Positions 12,401 through 20,845 of a DNA stretch of 64,000 nt are shown piece after piece. The first letter of the stretch is position 1, and each line of letters begins with the position of its first letter. Made by a program: the position numbers and the translations under genes. The notes beneath the pieces are model-generated. The model made no database searches and was not told the DNA's origin. It worked only from the letters and a program-made list of their open reading frames with translations. The stretch lies in the NCBI GenBank assembly GCA_050291445.1, contig JBNKJW010000181.1, forward strand, positions 2,739 to 66,738, given 5' to 3'. Origin of the DNA: Bacteroidales bacterium. GTDB lineage: Bacteria > Bacteroidota > Bacteroidia > Bacteroidales > NBLH01.

Positions 12401-12775
12401 GGAACCAGCACTGTACTTGTTAGAGCAACTAATACAGTTAGTACTTGTACCATTGACATGGAAATTGAACCTGAATTAATAGTTGAACAGTGCCAGATAA
12501 TTGTTTACAATGGCTTTTCTCCAAACGATGACGGTATTAACGAGACATTTATTATTGAAGGTCTGATTAATTATCCAAATCACAAAGTGACAATTTTTAA
12601 TAGGTGGGGAAACAAAGTGTACGAAGCCTCACCCTATCTGAATGACTGGGATGGAACAAACATGTTTGGTGTAACAGTAGGAGGAAAAGACCTACCAGTA
12701 GGAACCTATTTTTACATAATAGAACCAGGCAATGGAGAAAAAGCTATCAAAGGTTATATTTACTTAAATCGATAA
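6482..12775 (+). CDS. Large repetitive surface protein with T9SS type-B (gliding-motility-associated) C-terminal sorting domain
   Basis: Signal peptide; ~15 PKD-like repeats (NAG.DQ..C...L.GN.P..G.W...SGP); ~7 repeats of a second type (VC....TITI..SE.GINYE); C-terminal YNGFSPNDDGINETF...IFNRWG..VY...WDG...LPVGTYFY. Confidence 0.92.
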   Translation: MLNFRRKNTAFSFLRNILLFSLILVSSSVLKAQNCTVNAGIPATICDNETMQLQGNSTGLFTTTASWSQVGGPSVSIADPNNLNSTVTGYASGQAYTFRISATCQDGVNVYDEVTIDVNPVTEANASVDQQSCPGTEIITLNGNSPGVNETGQWTIQSNGGSVGGLTASDPNSTLNLPETDAGNSILRWSINHSNGCSSYDEVLITNYGGVLPVSAGNDQTLGNCYTTTQSTNLSGSYAGDGSGGQQGTWSLVSGPNYPTIANANNRNTAVSNLVEGVYVFRWEVTGPCASGSDEVTITVPGATQGVTSADAPNQRFCYGATTAILEGAIPQYANEVGTWVQTGGPAAIITSSNNATTSVTGLDGSSTYVFSYTITNSNTGCSTTHNNIYIRYTTAPTIDIGADQVLDCGVNSVTISPSVTGGTNTRYKIISGPLTSPVWIGDNSANVTINGLNQEGTYTIQFERYSVGSGCSSAFDVVNVSVADAATASNAGTDQNLACNIVETDLAGNAPSEGIGTWSQVSGPNTANIYDVYDRSSHIDNLIEGQYVFRWVISGGNSCSVEQDEVIVNVATSNPAAAAGNDRTVCHSTEVILEGNTPKEGAVGEWSVTPNTGVTFSNINDPSASVFGMQANTAYTFTWTITNQCQVESADVVITTGNMAGPSPAFAGPDQCEATGTITLSMDGNSPLVGQGLWTVLSGPNSPTITDNTLPTTSVTGMVDGHYEIEWSINVPGCVSTRDTIVASIVSAVTQSNAGADKSICGSAISLSVNEPALNETGHWEQVLGSSGYTVSNINDYNVTFTDLLPGRYEFAWVIEKGVCPSSSDTLVLTVTQQPDVSITASDYAVCSATTATLAANNPNSGTGVWSVVGQSTNQPNIASVSSPTTTVSNLATGTYNFRWTITSGPDCAEEIDEITIQVSAPAVADPNQTLCNVTETFLEGTEGTDGVWSISTSNTGNPIPLISNTSVHTANVSGMGLDETYWFTYTVPAIYGCSETQDSLTVSTSPHGTDPDAGPDQEICTNGGNSVTMEANAPDTGIGSWNQLSGPNSANIVNAASNITAINNLIAGIYVFEWNVEYGNCGNYSDIVRITVNDPPTTADAGTDQVNACQFDAQLSGNLPSAGIGVWTLISAPTASATTAIVIDNPNLPNSTISNITDLGDYEFMWTTTNGSVCAASMDNVILTFTADPPTAPNAGSDQDLCDATSFKMAGNNPAIGTGTWSQISGPGGILITNPDSYNTTITNVSAGTYEFQWEIVHGGCTLTDNVTIINNTTPSAADASGTDPEICQFDSPQLVGSEPSPGTGVWSFVSGPTTPIISTPVSTLSNVTGTSTGTYTFRWTVSNGACASSSDDIAVTIVNNPVTNITVSGNTVCDGADATVTISSSENLINYELFIGGNSVATGTGDGGDIDITVPASEISVGLNYVDITATNSTGCAVNLDNQATIAVNATPVQTNPVSNDEVCENSIATITISTSVSGVRYEAYSGVTLVGTENGNGGDLDISIPTNGSWVGSNTISLIATNTTTSCVSNLSNNSTITVNANPLTDRIVSGNTACLGQNGTVTVELSETGINYEAFIGATSVGTGAGNGGDLSISINGGDFVLGNNTIDLVATNATNSCALPLTNQATVEVVNPPLIDRSVNGNTVCQNSDGTVTISASETGVTYELYIGTTPVGTGIGTGNDLPITVGRSNLSVGTNTIHITASNTGCTESLTNQATINVNANPIASLSINGSELCDLLNGTITINSSETGIDYEAFISGTSVSTGTGDGADLVLTVLASDLNIGTNNVQVVATNSITNCSANMITTPIISVNSNPNYTVLAKGSTVCDEANASLTIESSEPGINYEAFIGATSIGMATGNGNDLIMNVLADDLIVGNNIVDVIASTSNNSCIGVLDNQATIFVNSNPLSDLQIGDTKICNGDTAYITISNSEQDISYTLFINDDLVGNADGNGSTLKIAIPYSLYEVGTSTVLVRATNTVSTCTIDMEIEPELIVEQCQIIVYNGFSPNDDGINETFIIEGLINYPNHKVTIFNRWGNKVYEASPYLNDWDGTNMFGVTVGGKDLPVGTYFYIIEPGNGEKAIKGYIYLNR

Positions 12776-12800
12776 TTTATTCAATAAAAAACATAAATAA

Positions 12801-13730
12801 ATGAGGTCGCTAATCTTTATTCTAATTTTAAGTTGTATATCGTTAGTCTCTAGTGCTCAGCAAGATCCAATGTTTACACATTATGCTTTCAACACTCTTG
12901 CAATCAACCCGGCCTATGCCGGAACCAGAGACGCATTAACAATTACCGGGTTACATCGCTCGCAATGGGTGGCATTTAAGGGGGCACCAACAACTCAAAC
13001 CCTGACAGGACACTCTCCTGTTTTCAATGAAAATGTAGGAATTGGTCTTTCGGTATTAAATGATAAAATAGGACCAAGTAATACAACATCATTTTACCTT
13101 GATTTTTCGTATAAAATTAAAATCAACAAAAAAGCAAAGCTTTCATTTGGGTTAAAAGGCGGACTAAACCTAAAAAAAACTGACCTTACTTCATTAAATA
13201 CCTACGAACAAAACGATCCGCTATTTATGGAGGATATTAAAAGCGAGTTCTTGCCCAATTTTGGTTTTGGAATGTATTACTACACCGATAAATACTATGT
13301 TGGGCTATCTATTCCGAAATTGTTGGAAAACAATTTTACCGAAAACTCAGTATCAGGAAGTGTAGATTTAGCAAGTGAGAAAAAACATTATTTTCTAATC
13401 GGTGGAGCTGTTTTCTCTCTTTCTGAAAGTGTAACTTTAAAACCAACCATGTTTCTTAAAGTAACGAATGGTGCCCCAATTGAAGGCGATATCACAGCAA
13501 ATTTCATTTTTTATGACCGATTCTGGACAGGAGCAATGTTCAGAACAGGTGATGCTATTGGAATATTAGCAGGTTTAAATATTACCGAACAACTTGCAGT
13601 TGGTTACTCATTTGATTGGTCACTGGTGAACTCAACAGGTAAATACAATGCAGGTAGCCATGAAATTATGATAAGGTATGATTTCATTTTCAAAAAACAG
13701 AAGATGATTCGTTCACCCAGGTACTTCTAA
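12801..13730 (+). CDS. T9SS PorP/SprF family outer-membrane protein
   Basis: QQDPMFTHY..N.LAINPAYAG, RSQW, GAP.T, GSHEIMIRY, SPRYF terminus; adjacent to type-B cargo. Confidence 0.93.
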   Translation: MRSLIFILILSCISLVSSAQQDPMFTHYAFNTLAINPAYAGTRDALTITGLHRSQWVAFKGAPTTQTLTGHSPVFNENVGIGLSVLNDKIGPSNTTSFYLDFSYKIKINKKAKLSFGLKGGLNLKKTDLTSLNTYEQNDPLFMEDIKSEFLPNFGFGMYYYTDKYYVGLSIPKLLENNFTENSVSGSVDLASEKKHYFLIGGAVFSLSESVTLKPTMFLKVTNGAPIEGDITANFIFYDRFWTGAMFRTGDAIGILAGLNITEQLAVGYSFDWSLVNSTGKYNAGSHEIMIRYDFIFKKQKMIRSPRYF

Positions 13731-13826
13731 TTCATGAACCAACAAACCTTCCAGTGTGCGTAGCTTCTAGCAGTATTTAACTATCAGACAAAACAATATT
13801 GAATTGTAAATCAATAAAATAACCAA

Positions 13827-16028
13827 ATGAAAAATCAACGAATAATCCTTTTTTCACTAACCTTTATTTGTGTTTTTCAACTCTCAGCGCAGAAAAGAAC
13901 CCTAAAAAGAGGCGAAAATCTATATAAAACATATTCTTATTCAGAATCCATTAAAAAATACGAAGCTATAACAGATAAAACAATTGACATTTACAGAAAG
14001 CTTGCAGAGAGTTATTACAATATTGGTAAATTGAATAAGGCCGAGAATTATTGGAAAATTGTTGTTGAAAACGAATCAAGAACAGCTGATGATATTTACA
14101 GTTATGCTTCTGTACTCTCAATGAATAAAAGGTACGAGGAGTCGGAAAAGTGGATGCGGGAATTTAATAAAATAAATGCAAACGACACCCGAGGAAAGCT
14201 TTGGGCAAATAACAGTGGATTTTATGAAAAACTTCAACAAGATAAAGGCCGGTTTAAAATTGAAAGTTTAAATATAAATAGTAAACAGGAGGATTTTGGT
14301 ACGGCATACTACAAAGACAAAATTGTTTTTGCATCCACACGCCAACCACTTAAAATAGTAAAAAGAGAGTGGAACTGGAATGAACTTCCTTTTCTTGATA
14401 TTTATGTTGGTGAAGTAGATTCAAATTTACATCTTACCTCTTTTGAAAAATTTCATAAAAATATTAATAAAAAGTTTCATGAGGGACCTGCATCGTTCAG
14501 TGCCGATGGTAAATTTATGGCTTTTACAAGAAACAATTACGAAGGAAAAAGCAAAGAAGGAATTATTAAACTAAAATTGTTCACTGCTGAATACAAAAAT
14601 GATAAATGGCAAAAACCTGTTCCACTACACTTTAACAGCAGCGAATACTCTGTTGGCCATGCCAGTTTAACTCCAAACGCCGATACCATGTATTTTGCGT
14701 CTAATATGCCCGGAGGTTTTGGAGGAGTAGATATTTACCGAATTTTTAGAAAAGCTGATGGTAGCTGGACAGATCCTGAAAATCTGGGTGAAAAAATAAA
14801 TACCGAAGGCGATGAAATGTTTCCTTTTGTTCATCCTGATGGAATGCTGTTTTATTCCTCAAACGGCTTACTAGGATTAGGAGGTTTGGATGTGTTTATT
14901 GCACAAATCACCCCAACAGGTTTTGGTAAGCCAGAAAATATTGGAGTGCCCGTTAATAGCAGTTATGATGATTTTGCCTTTATTCTTGATAAGCAGCAAA
15001 GAAGTGGTTATTTCTCATCAAACCGTTTCGAAGGCGAAGGTGATGATGATATTTATCTTTTCAGATTGCTGAAACCTTTTAGGTTTGGCAAGCTCTTGCG
15101 TGGCAAAACAATGGATCAAGACAGTAATATCCTTGCCAATGTAAAAGTAAATCTATACAATGAAAAGGGTGAAATAATCGGAACCACAACAACTTCTGAA
15201 GATGGAAAATATGAATGGGAAATTGAACAGGATAAATACTATTCGCTTGATGGAAAAAAGAAACAATATACTGATGCCCATAATACTGCTGATAGTCACA
15301 CAGAAGAATACATTGTTTATGCGGATCTAATTTTAACAAAAATTCCAGAATTTTCGCTGTATTTTGTTGTTACTGACGCAAGATCAGATGTTCCGTTGAA
15401 AGATGTTAAAGTTACAATTACCAATTATATTGAAAATACTAGCGAAAAAATAATCACCAATGAAAATGGAGACTTTTTCCGCGAACTGAAAGGGAAAAAA
15501 TTAAACGATAGCCTGAGCTATGAATTTACACTTGAAAAAGACGGATACATTTCTGAAACACACAGCTGGCAAAAAGTTCTTTATAGGGAAGGACAATATA
15601 ATGTGCACGAAGATTTGGATTTCGCTCTGGATATTGTTGAAGAAGGAATGGACTTAGGTAAGATATTGAAGATCAAACCCATATATTTTGATTACAATAA
15701 GTCAAACATCCGCCCGGATGCAGCCATTGAGTTGGACAAGATTGTAAAAGTAATGAATGACAATCCAAACATGGTAATCGAATTGGGTTCTCATACCGAT
15801 TGCAGAGGAAGTAAGCGCTACAATATGTCTTTGTCCGACAGAAGGGCAAAATCATCTGCCCGATATATTAAAGTAAGAATAACAAATTCTGAAAGGATTT
15901 ACGGAAAAGGTTATGGCGAAAGCAAACTTATTAATCATTGCGAATGTGAAGGAGCCAAAAAGGTTCCCTGCACTGAAGAAGAACACCAGTTAAACCGACG
16001 AACCGAGTTTACTATTCTTAAAAAGTAG
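13827..16028 (+). CDS. PorE-like TPR/PD40/OmpA peptidoglycan-binding protein
   Basis: TPR N-terminus, PD40 repeats (YFASNMPGGFGGVDIY; FSSNR..G.GDDDIY), OmpA domain (IYFDYNKS, SHTDCRGS, LSDRRA, NRRTEF). Confidence 0.92.
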   Translation: MKNQRIILFSLTFICVFQLSAQKRTLKRGENLYKTYSYSESIKKYEAITDKTIDIYRKLAESYYNIGKLNKAENYWKIVVENESRTADDIYSYASVLSMNKRYEESEKWMREFNKINANDTRGKLWANNSGFYEKLQQDKGRFKIESLNINSKQEDFGTAYYKDKIVFASTRQPLKIVKREWNWNELPFLDIYVGEVDSNLHLTSFEKFHKNINKKFHEGPASFSADGKFMAFTRNNYEGKSKEGIIKLKLFTAEYKNDKWQKPVPLHFNSSEYSVGHASLTPNADTMYFASNMPGGFGGVDIYRIFRKADGSWTDPENLGEKINTEGDEMFPFVHPDGMLFYSSNGLLGLGGLDVFIAQITPTGFGKPENIGVPVNSSYDDFAFILDKQQRSGYFSSNRFEGEGDDDIYLFRLLKPFRFGKLLRGKTMDQDSNILANVKVNLYNEKGEIIGTTTTSEDGKYEWEIEQDKYYSLDGKKKQYTDAHNTADSHTEEYIVYADLILTKIPEFSLYFVVTDARSDVPLKDVKVTITNYIENTSEKIITNENGDFFRELKGKKLNDSLSYEFTLEKDGYISETHSWQKVLYREGQYNVHEDLDFALDIVEEGMDLGKILKIKPIYFDYNKSNIRPDAAIELDKIVKVMNDNPNMVIELGSHTDCRGSKRYNMSLSDRRAKSSARYIKVRITNSERIYGKGYGESKLINHCECEGAKKVPCTEEEHQLNRRTEFTILKK

Positions 16029-16219
16029 CACTTGAGTAACTATTGTAAATTAAAGCACTCATTATTCCATACATCTATCTCAATATAAGAGAATTAGCAA
16101 AAGTCTCATTTTGCCAAAAGCATAAACCTTGTTTGTTCTTTAAGCAACACAGCCATTTATACCGATTGTGAAACAAAATCGCAGATAAGCATCTATATCA
16201 ATCGCTTATCTGTTTTGTT

Positions 16220-16295
16220 TCTACATCGACATAATACCGGGAGGTTTGCTTCACAAGCTTGCAAACCAAAACTACCAGTCGATCGGCATATACAA
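16220..16295 (-). repeat. ~80 bp dispersed intergenic repeat, copy 2 (inverted relative to 3487-3566)
   Basis: Direct sequence comparison with 3487-3566. Confidence 0.8.
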
Positions 16296-16392
16296 ATATC
16301 AACTACATTCTTTTAAGATAATCAGCAAATCATTTTAACAATTATTAAAGTTTCGCTAATTTTAAACATTCGATTATTTCTTTAAAAAAATA

Positions 16393-16400
16393 TACATTTG
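16393..16400 (+). promoter_or_regulatory. -7 promoter element upstream of the kdn/kds operon
   Basis: TACATTTG(C) matches TAnnTTTG. Confidence 0.6.
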
Positions 16401-16528
16401 CGCAACATAAATTGTTATTTGTATTTTAGTGTATTTGTGTATTAAATGATAGTTGGGTTGAGCATTTATCAAATATACAAATCTTAAATATACCAAATTA
16501 CTAATTACTAATTTCTAAACAATACGCT

Positions 16529-17725
16529 ATGCCAGGAATGGAATTATTTGGTGCCGAAGAACGTAAAGAAGTCATGGACGTTCTTGAAACAGGAGCACTT
16601 TTTAGATACAATCATGATGAAATGCGTCAGGGTCATTGGAAAGCGAAAGATCTTGAAGCTGAAGTTAGAAAATTCACAGGAGCAAAATTTGCCCATGCGG
16701 TTTCAAGTGGCTCAACAGCAGTTGCTTGTGCATTGGCTGCAGCAGGTATTGGTCATGGCGATGAAGTTATCGTTCCTCCTTTTACATATATTGCTAGTAA
16801 TGAAGCAGTTCTATATGCAGGAGGACTTCCAGTATTTGCCGAAATAGATGAAAACCTTTGCATAAGTGCCGAAGGAATAAAAGCAGCAATTACCCCAAAA
16901 ACTAAAGCGGTTTTATTGGTACACATGTGTGGTGCTGCCGCCGATATGGATGCTATTATGAAAGTATGCGAAGAGCACAACCTGGTATTGATTGAAGATG
17001 CCGGACAAGCCTTAGGAGCTTTCTACAAAGGAAAATCAGTTGGTTTATTTGGAAAAACCGGGGCTTTCTCGTTTGATTTCTTTAAAATTACCACTTGTGG
17101 TGAAGGAGGTTTGTTTATAACAGATAGCGAAGAAAGGTATAAACTAGCAGACAGTTTTTCTGATCATGGTCATGATCATATTGGCAGTAATCGAGGAATG
17201 GAAAACCACCCTGTTTTAGGATTTAACTACAGAATTAGCGAATTGCATGCAGCAGTTGGTTTAGCTCAAATGCGAAAAATCAATAAAATACGCGATGCGA
17301 AAAAAGCAAACCAGCAATACATGAAAGAAAAACTTTCCGTGGTTGATGGTGTTACTTTCAGACCTGTTCCTGATCCAGAAGGAGATTCAGGTACTTTCCT
17401 AAATTTCTTTTTACCCACTACAGAATTAGCAGGAAAAGTTGTTGAAGAATTTGGCAAATCTGGTGTAGGAGGTTGTAATTATTGGTACACAAATATGTAT
17501 CATTTTATCAATCAATGGGATCATTTTAAAAACTTAAAATCATCTGCTCCATTGGCCATTCATCATTTTGGTGCACCACAGGATTACAATAAATTAGAAC
17601 TACCTAAATCACAAGAAGTTGTAGGTCGTTTAATTTCATTAGGTGTTCGCGCAACCTGGACCAAAGAGGAGATGGATGCATTAGCTGATAAGATGGTTAT
17701 TGCGATAAAAAAGGTGTTAAACTAA
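16529..17725 (+). CDS. kdnA: 8-amino-3,8-dideoxy-D-manno-octulosonate transaminase (DegT/DnrJ PLP family)
   Basis: MPG.ELFG.EE.KEV N-terminus, SFDFFKITTCGEGG, FSDHGHDHIG..RG.E.HP, PDPEGDS; closely resembles Shewanella KdnA; next to kdnB. Confidence 0.88.
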   Translation: MPGMELFGAEERKEVMDVLETGALFRYNHDEMRQGHWKAKDLEAEVRKFTGAKFAHAVSSGSTAVACALAAAGIGHGDEVIVPPFTYIASNEAVLYAGGLPVFAEIDENLCISAEGIKAAITPKTKAVLLVHMCGAAADMDAIMKVCEEHNLVLIEDAGQALGAFYKGKSVGLFGKTGAFSFDFFKITTCGEGGLFITDSEERYKLADSFSDHGHDHIGSNRGMENHPVLGFNYRISELHAAVGLAQMRKINKIRDAKKANQQYMKEKLSVVDGVTFRPVPDPEGDSGTFLNFFLPTTELAGKVVEEFGKSGVGGCNYWYTNMYHFINQWDHFKNLKSSAPLAIHHFGAPQDYNKLELPKSQEVVGRLISLGVRATWTKEEMDALADKMVIAIKKVLN

Positions 17726-17812
17726 CAAGTTAGAACTTAGAAATTGGTATATTAGAACTTAGCAAAAGTTTCTGAGTACAAATTTCTAGTTTCTAATTTC
17801 AAATTTCTGATA
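17726..17812. repeat. Intergenic heptamer (AGAAATT/AGAACTT) inverted array
   Basis: ttagaacttagaaattggtatattagaacttag ... tttctagtttctaatttcaaatttct. Confidence 0.7.
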
Positions 17813-17814
17813 AC

Positions 17815-18894
17815 GTGTTCAAAAACATTAAAAATATTGATAAAATCGTTTACGGAACAGGTAGTTTCGATCAGTTAGACGATATTATCGCCCCCAAAAG
17901 GGAAGAAAATGACAAGTTCTTTGTCTTTATAGTTGACGATTTTTTTCATGGGAAATACCTTGAAAAGCGGCTTCCTGTTTATAATGATGATGTAGTAAAA
18001 TTCATTTTTACTGGAAAAGACGAGCCCAAAACTGGGCAAATTGACGAATTAAGAGACGAAATCTTAAATTCAAAAGGCTTACCATCAGGAGTTGTTGGGA
18101 TTGGTGGCGGAGGAATTATGGACATTGCTAAAGCACTGTCGGTAATGTTTAAACAAGAAGGCTCATCTGAACTATACCAGGGGCTTAATCTTGCTAAAAA
18201 TCCCGGAATTTATCATGTTGGGATACCTACTATCTCAGGAACAGGTGCAGAATGTTCTACCACTGCTGTTTTAACTGGCCCAGAAAAAAAACTGGGAATT
18301 AAATGTGAATATACTCCTTTCGACCAAATTATTTTAGATCCAGAATTAACACTAACAGTTCCTACCAACCAATGGTTTTATACAGGTATGGATTGCTATA
18401 TTCATTGTGTTGAATCTTCAACAGGACGTTTGTACAACACCTTTAGCAAAGCCTATGGGAACACTGCAATGGACTTATGCAGAGACGTTTACCTGGGAGA
18501 AGAAAGTGGCCAAAATCTTGAAAATGCTGAAAAACTAATGGTTGCCTCGCTTTTTGGAGGCCTCAGCTTAAGCTATTCAGAAGTTGGGGTGTGTCATGCC
18601 CTATCGTATGGATTATCTTATGTGTTGGGAACAAGGCACGGAATAGGCAACTGCATAGCTTTTAATGTTTTGGAAGATTATTACCCCGAAGGAGTAAAAG
18701 AATTCCGTGAAATGATTCATAAACACCATATTGACTTGCCTGCCAACATGTCGAAAGACTGGACTGAAGAGCAAATCACTAAAATGGCCGAAATTTCATA
18801 CGCTTTAAGCCATATGTGGGATCATGCTTTAGGAAGCGACTGGAAGGATAAATTGACCTTAGATATGATTAAGGATTTGTTTAGGAGGATGTAA
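17815..18894 (+). CDS. kdnB: 3-deoxy-D-manno-octulosonate 8-oxidase (Fe-ADH family)
   Basis: GIGGGG..D, IPTISGTGAE, QWFYTGMDCYIHCVES, CHALSYGLSYVLG..HGIGNCIAF; resembles Shewanella KdnB; GTG start. Confidence 0.88.
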   Translation: MFKNIKNIDKIVYGTGSFDQLDDIIAPKREENDKFFVFIVDDFFHGKYLEKRLPVYNDDVVKFIFTGKDEPKTGQIDELRDEILNSKGLPSGVVGIGGGGIMDIAKALSVMFKQEGSSELYQGLNLAKNPGIYHVGIPTISGTGAECSTTAVLTGPEKKLGIKCEYTPFDQIILDPELTLTVPTNQWFYTGMDCYIHCVESSTGRLYNTFSKAYGNTAMDLCRDVYLGEESGQNLENAEKLMVASLFGGLSLSYSEVGVCHALSYGLSYVLGTRHGIGNCIAFNVLEDYYPEGVKEFREMIHKHHIDLPANMSKDWTEEQITKMAEISYALSHMWDHALGSDWKDKLTLDMIKDLFRRM

Positions 18895-19000
18895 AAATAA
18901 GAAATTGGAACTTAGAACCTTCTCACAACCGAAGGGAGTAAATTTGAACTTTGAGATTCAAACACCTAATTTCTAATTTCGAATAACTAATTTCTAAAAA
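18895..19000. repeat. Intergenic heptamer inverted array
   Basis: agaaattggaacttagaac ... ctaatttctaatttcgaataactaatttcta. Confidence 0.65.
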
Positions 19001-19002
19001 TA

Positions 19003-19836
19003 ATGAGCAAAAAAATAGTAAAAGTAGGCGATATAGAATGTGGGGCAGATCAATTATTTTTGATCTCAGGCCCTTGTGTGATTGAGGATGAATCAATAAT
19101 GATGAAGACGGCTGAATATTTAAAAAAAATATCCGAGAAATTAAATATTCCAACCATTTACAAAGCATCATTCACAAAGGACAATCGTAGTGATTTAAAA
19201 TACTACCACGGCCCTGGTCTGGAAGAAGGCCTGAAAATTTTGCAAAAGGTAAAAGAAACCTTTGGTTTTCCGTTACTATCTGATATTCATGACTATACAC
19301 AGGCTAAACCGGCTGCCGAGGTGTTGGATATCATCCAAATTCCGGCTTATTTATGCATGCAATCATCCATTGTTACCGAAACCGCAAAAACCGGAAAGGT
19401 TATCAATATTAAGCACGGGCAGTTTTTAGCTCCAGAAAACATGGCTAAACCGGCAAAAAAAGCTATGGATGCTGGTAATGATCAAATCTTACTGACCGAA
19501 AGAGGTTACACTTTTGGCTACAACGATTTAATTGTTGACCCCAGAAGCTTTTACGAAATGAGCAAAACAGGTTTTCCGGTAATTTTTGATGTAACCCATT
19601 CAATAAGAAAATACGGAATACCAAGTGCCGACCCAAGCGGAGGCGCCAGGGAATATTTGCCAGTTCTTTCAAGAGCAGGTGTGGCAGCAGGTGTCGATGG
19701 TATATTTATCGAAACCCATCCCGAACCTGAAAAAGCATTGTGCGATGCTGCCAGTCAGTTATGCACCACCGATTTAGAAGAATTTTTAAAACCAGTTATT
19801 GAATTTCACAACTTAGAAGTTAAATATAGAAAATAA
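19003..19836 (+). CDS. kdsA: 3-deoxy-8-phosphooctulonate (KDO8P) synthase, metal-dependent type, divergent
   Basis: GPCVIE, KASF.KDNRS, QIPAYL, GQFLAP, ERG..FGYNDL, DVTHS, FIETHP.P..ALCD. Confidence 0.85.
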   Translation: MSKKIVKVGDIECGADQLFLISGPCVIEDESIMMKTAEYLKKISEKLNIPTIYKASFTKDNRSDLKYYHGPGLEEGLKILQKVKETFGFPLLSDIHDYTQAKPAAEVLDIIQIPAYLCMQSSIVTETAKTGKVINIKHGQFLAPENMAKPAKKAMDAGNDQILLTERGYTFGYNDLIVDPRSFYEMSKTGFPVIFDVTHSIRKYGIPSADPSGGAREYLPVLSRAGVAAGVDGIFIETHPEPEKALCDAASQLCTTDLEEFLKPVIEFHNLEVKYRK

Positions 19837-19840
19837 AACT

Positions 19841-20845
19841 ATGGAATTGTATCTTGACAGTGCCGATTTTAATGAAATTGAAAAGGTATTTAAACTCGGT
19901 TTTTTAGATGGTTTAACCACCACTCCTACTTTCATGCACCGACATGGAGTAACTGATATTGATGCCTTAATTTTAAAATTGGCTGACATTGTTCCAGTGC
20001 TGCAAGTAGAAGCTTTAGGAAAAACTGCTGAGGAAATTTATGCAGAAGCCCACAGACTATTAAAAATGGGCTTGAAAAAAGAGAATTCAGTATTTAAAAT
20101 TCCAATTTCTTTGGAAGGTGTAAAAGCTTGTAAAATGCTTACAAGTGAGGGTATTATGGTAAATGTACACCTTGTTTATACCTTGCAACAAGCTTATATG
20201 GCAATGCATGCGGGTGCTACTTATGTTTGTCCGTTGGTTGGTCGTTTACAAGACCAGGGACACGATGCCCTTGCTTTGGTTGAGCAATGCGTAGATGCTG
20301 TAAATTACTATGGCTACGATACAAAAATAATGTTCTCATCGGTACGAAATGTAGAACATGTGCGCAATGCTATTAATGTAGGAGTTCACACTATTACTGT
20401 GCCTTACAAAATATTGCAACAAATGCCTGAAAATAATTTTACTGCACTTGGAACTGAGCAATTCTTTGAGCACACCCGCTTAATGACAGTGAAAGTAAAA
20501 GATGCTATGAGCAAAACCAACCCGGTTGTTCCAGCTGACACGACTGTTCAGGATGCTTTGGTAAAAATGTCGGAATACGGCTTTGGTTGCATTATTATTG
20601 CAAATGGTGGCGAGCAGGCCAAAGGTGTTTTCACCGATGGCGATTTAAGAAGGTTGTTGCAAAAAGGCGGAAAAGACATCCTACAAAAGAAAATGGCTGA
20701 TTTAGAGTACAATACACCACTTTCGGTAGATGCAAACGACCTGCTTTTTAAAGCAAATGAAATGTTTAAAACCCACAAAGTAGACAATTTAATGGTAACT
20801 GAAAATGGTAAACCTATTGGATTGTTGGATATTCAGGATTTGTAA
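19841..20845 (+). CDS. Transaldolase/fructose-6-P-aldolase-fold domain fused to a KdsD-like CBS pair
   Basis: aa 1-~212: LYLDSAD, DGLTTTPT, FKIP (Schiff-base Lys), GATYV.P.VGRL.D.G; aa ~216-334: CBS pair with GVFTDGDLRR. Confidence 0.85.
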   Translation: MELYLDSADFNEIEKVFKLGFLDGLTTTPTFMHRHGVTDIDALILKLADIVPVLQVEALGKTAEEIYAEAHRLLKMGLKKENSVFKIPISLEGVKACKMLTSEGIMVNVHLVYTLQQAYMAMHAGATYVCPLVGRLQDQGHDALALVEQCVDAVNYYGYDTKIMFSSVRNVEHVRNAINVGVHTITVPYKILQQMPENNFTALGTEQFFEHTRLMTVKVKDAMSKTNPVVPADTTVQDALVKMSEYGFGCIIIANGGEQAKGVFTDGDLRRLLQKGGKDILQKKMADLEYNTPLSVDANDLLFKANEMFKTHKVDNLMVTENGKPIGLLDIQDL

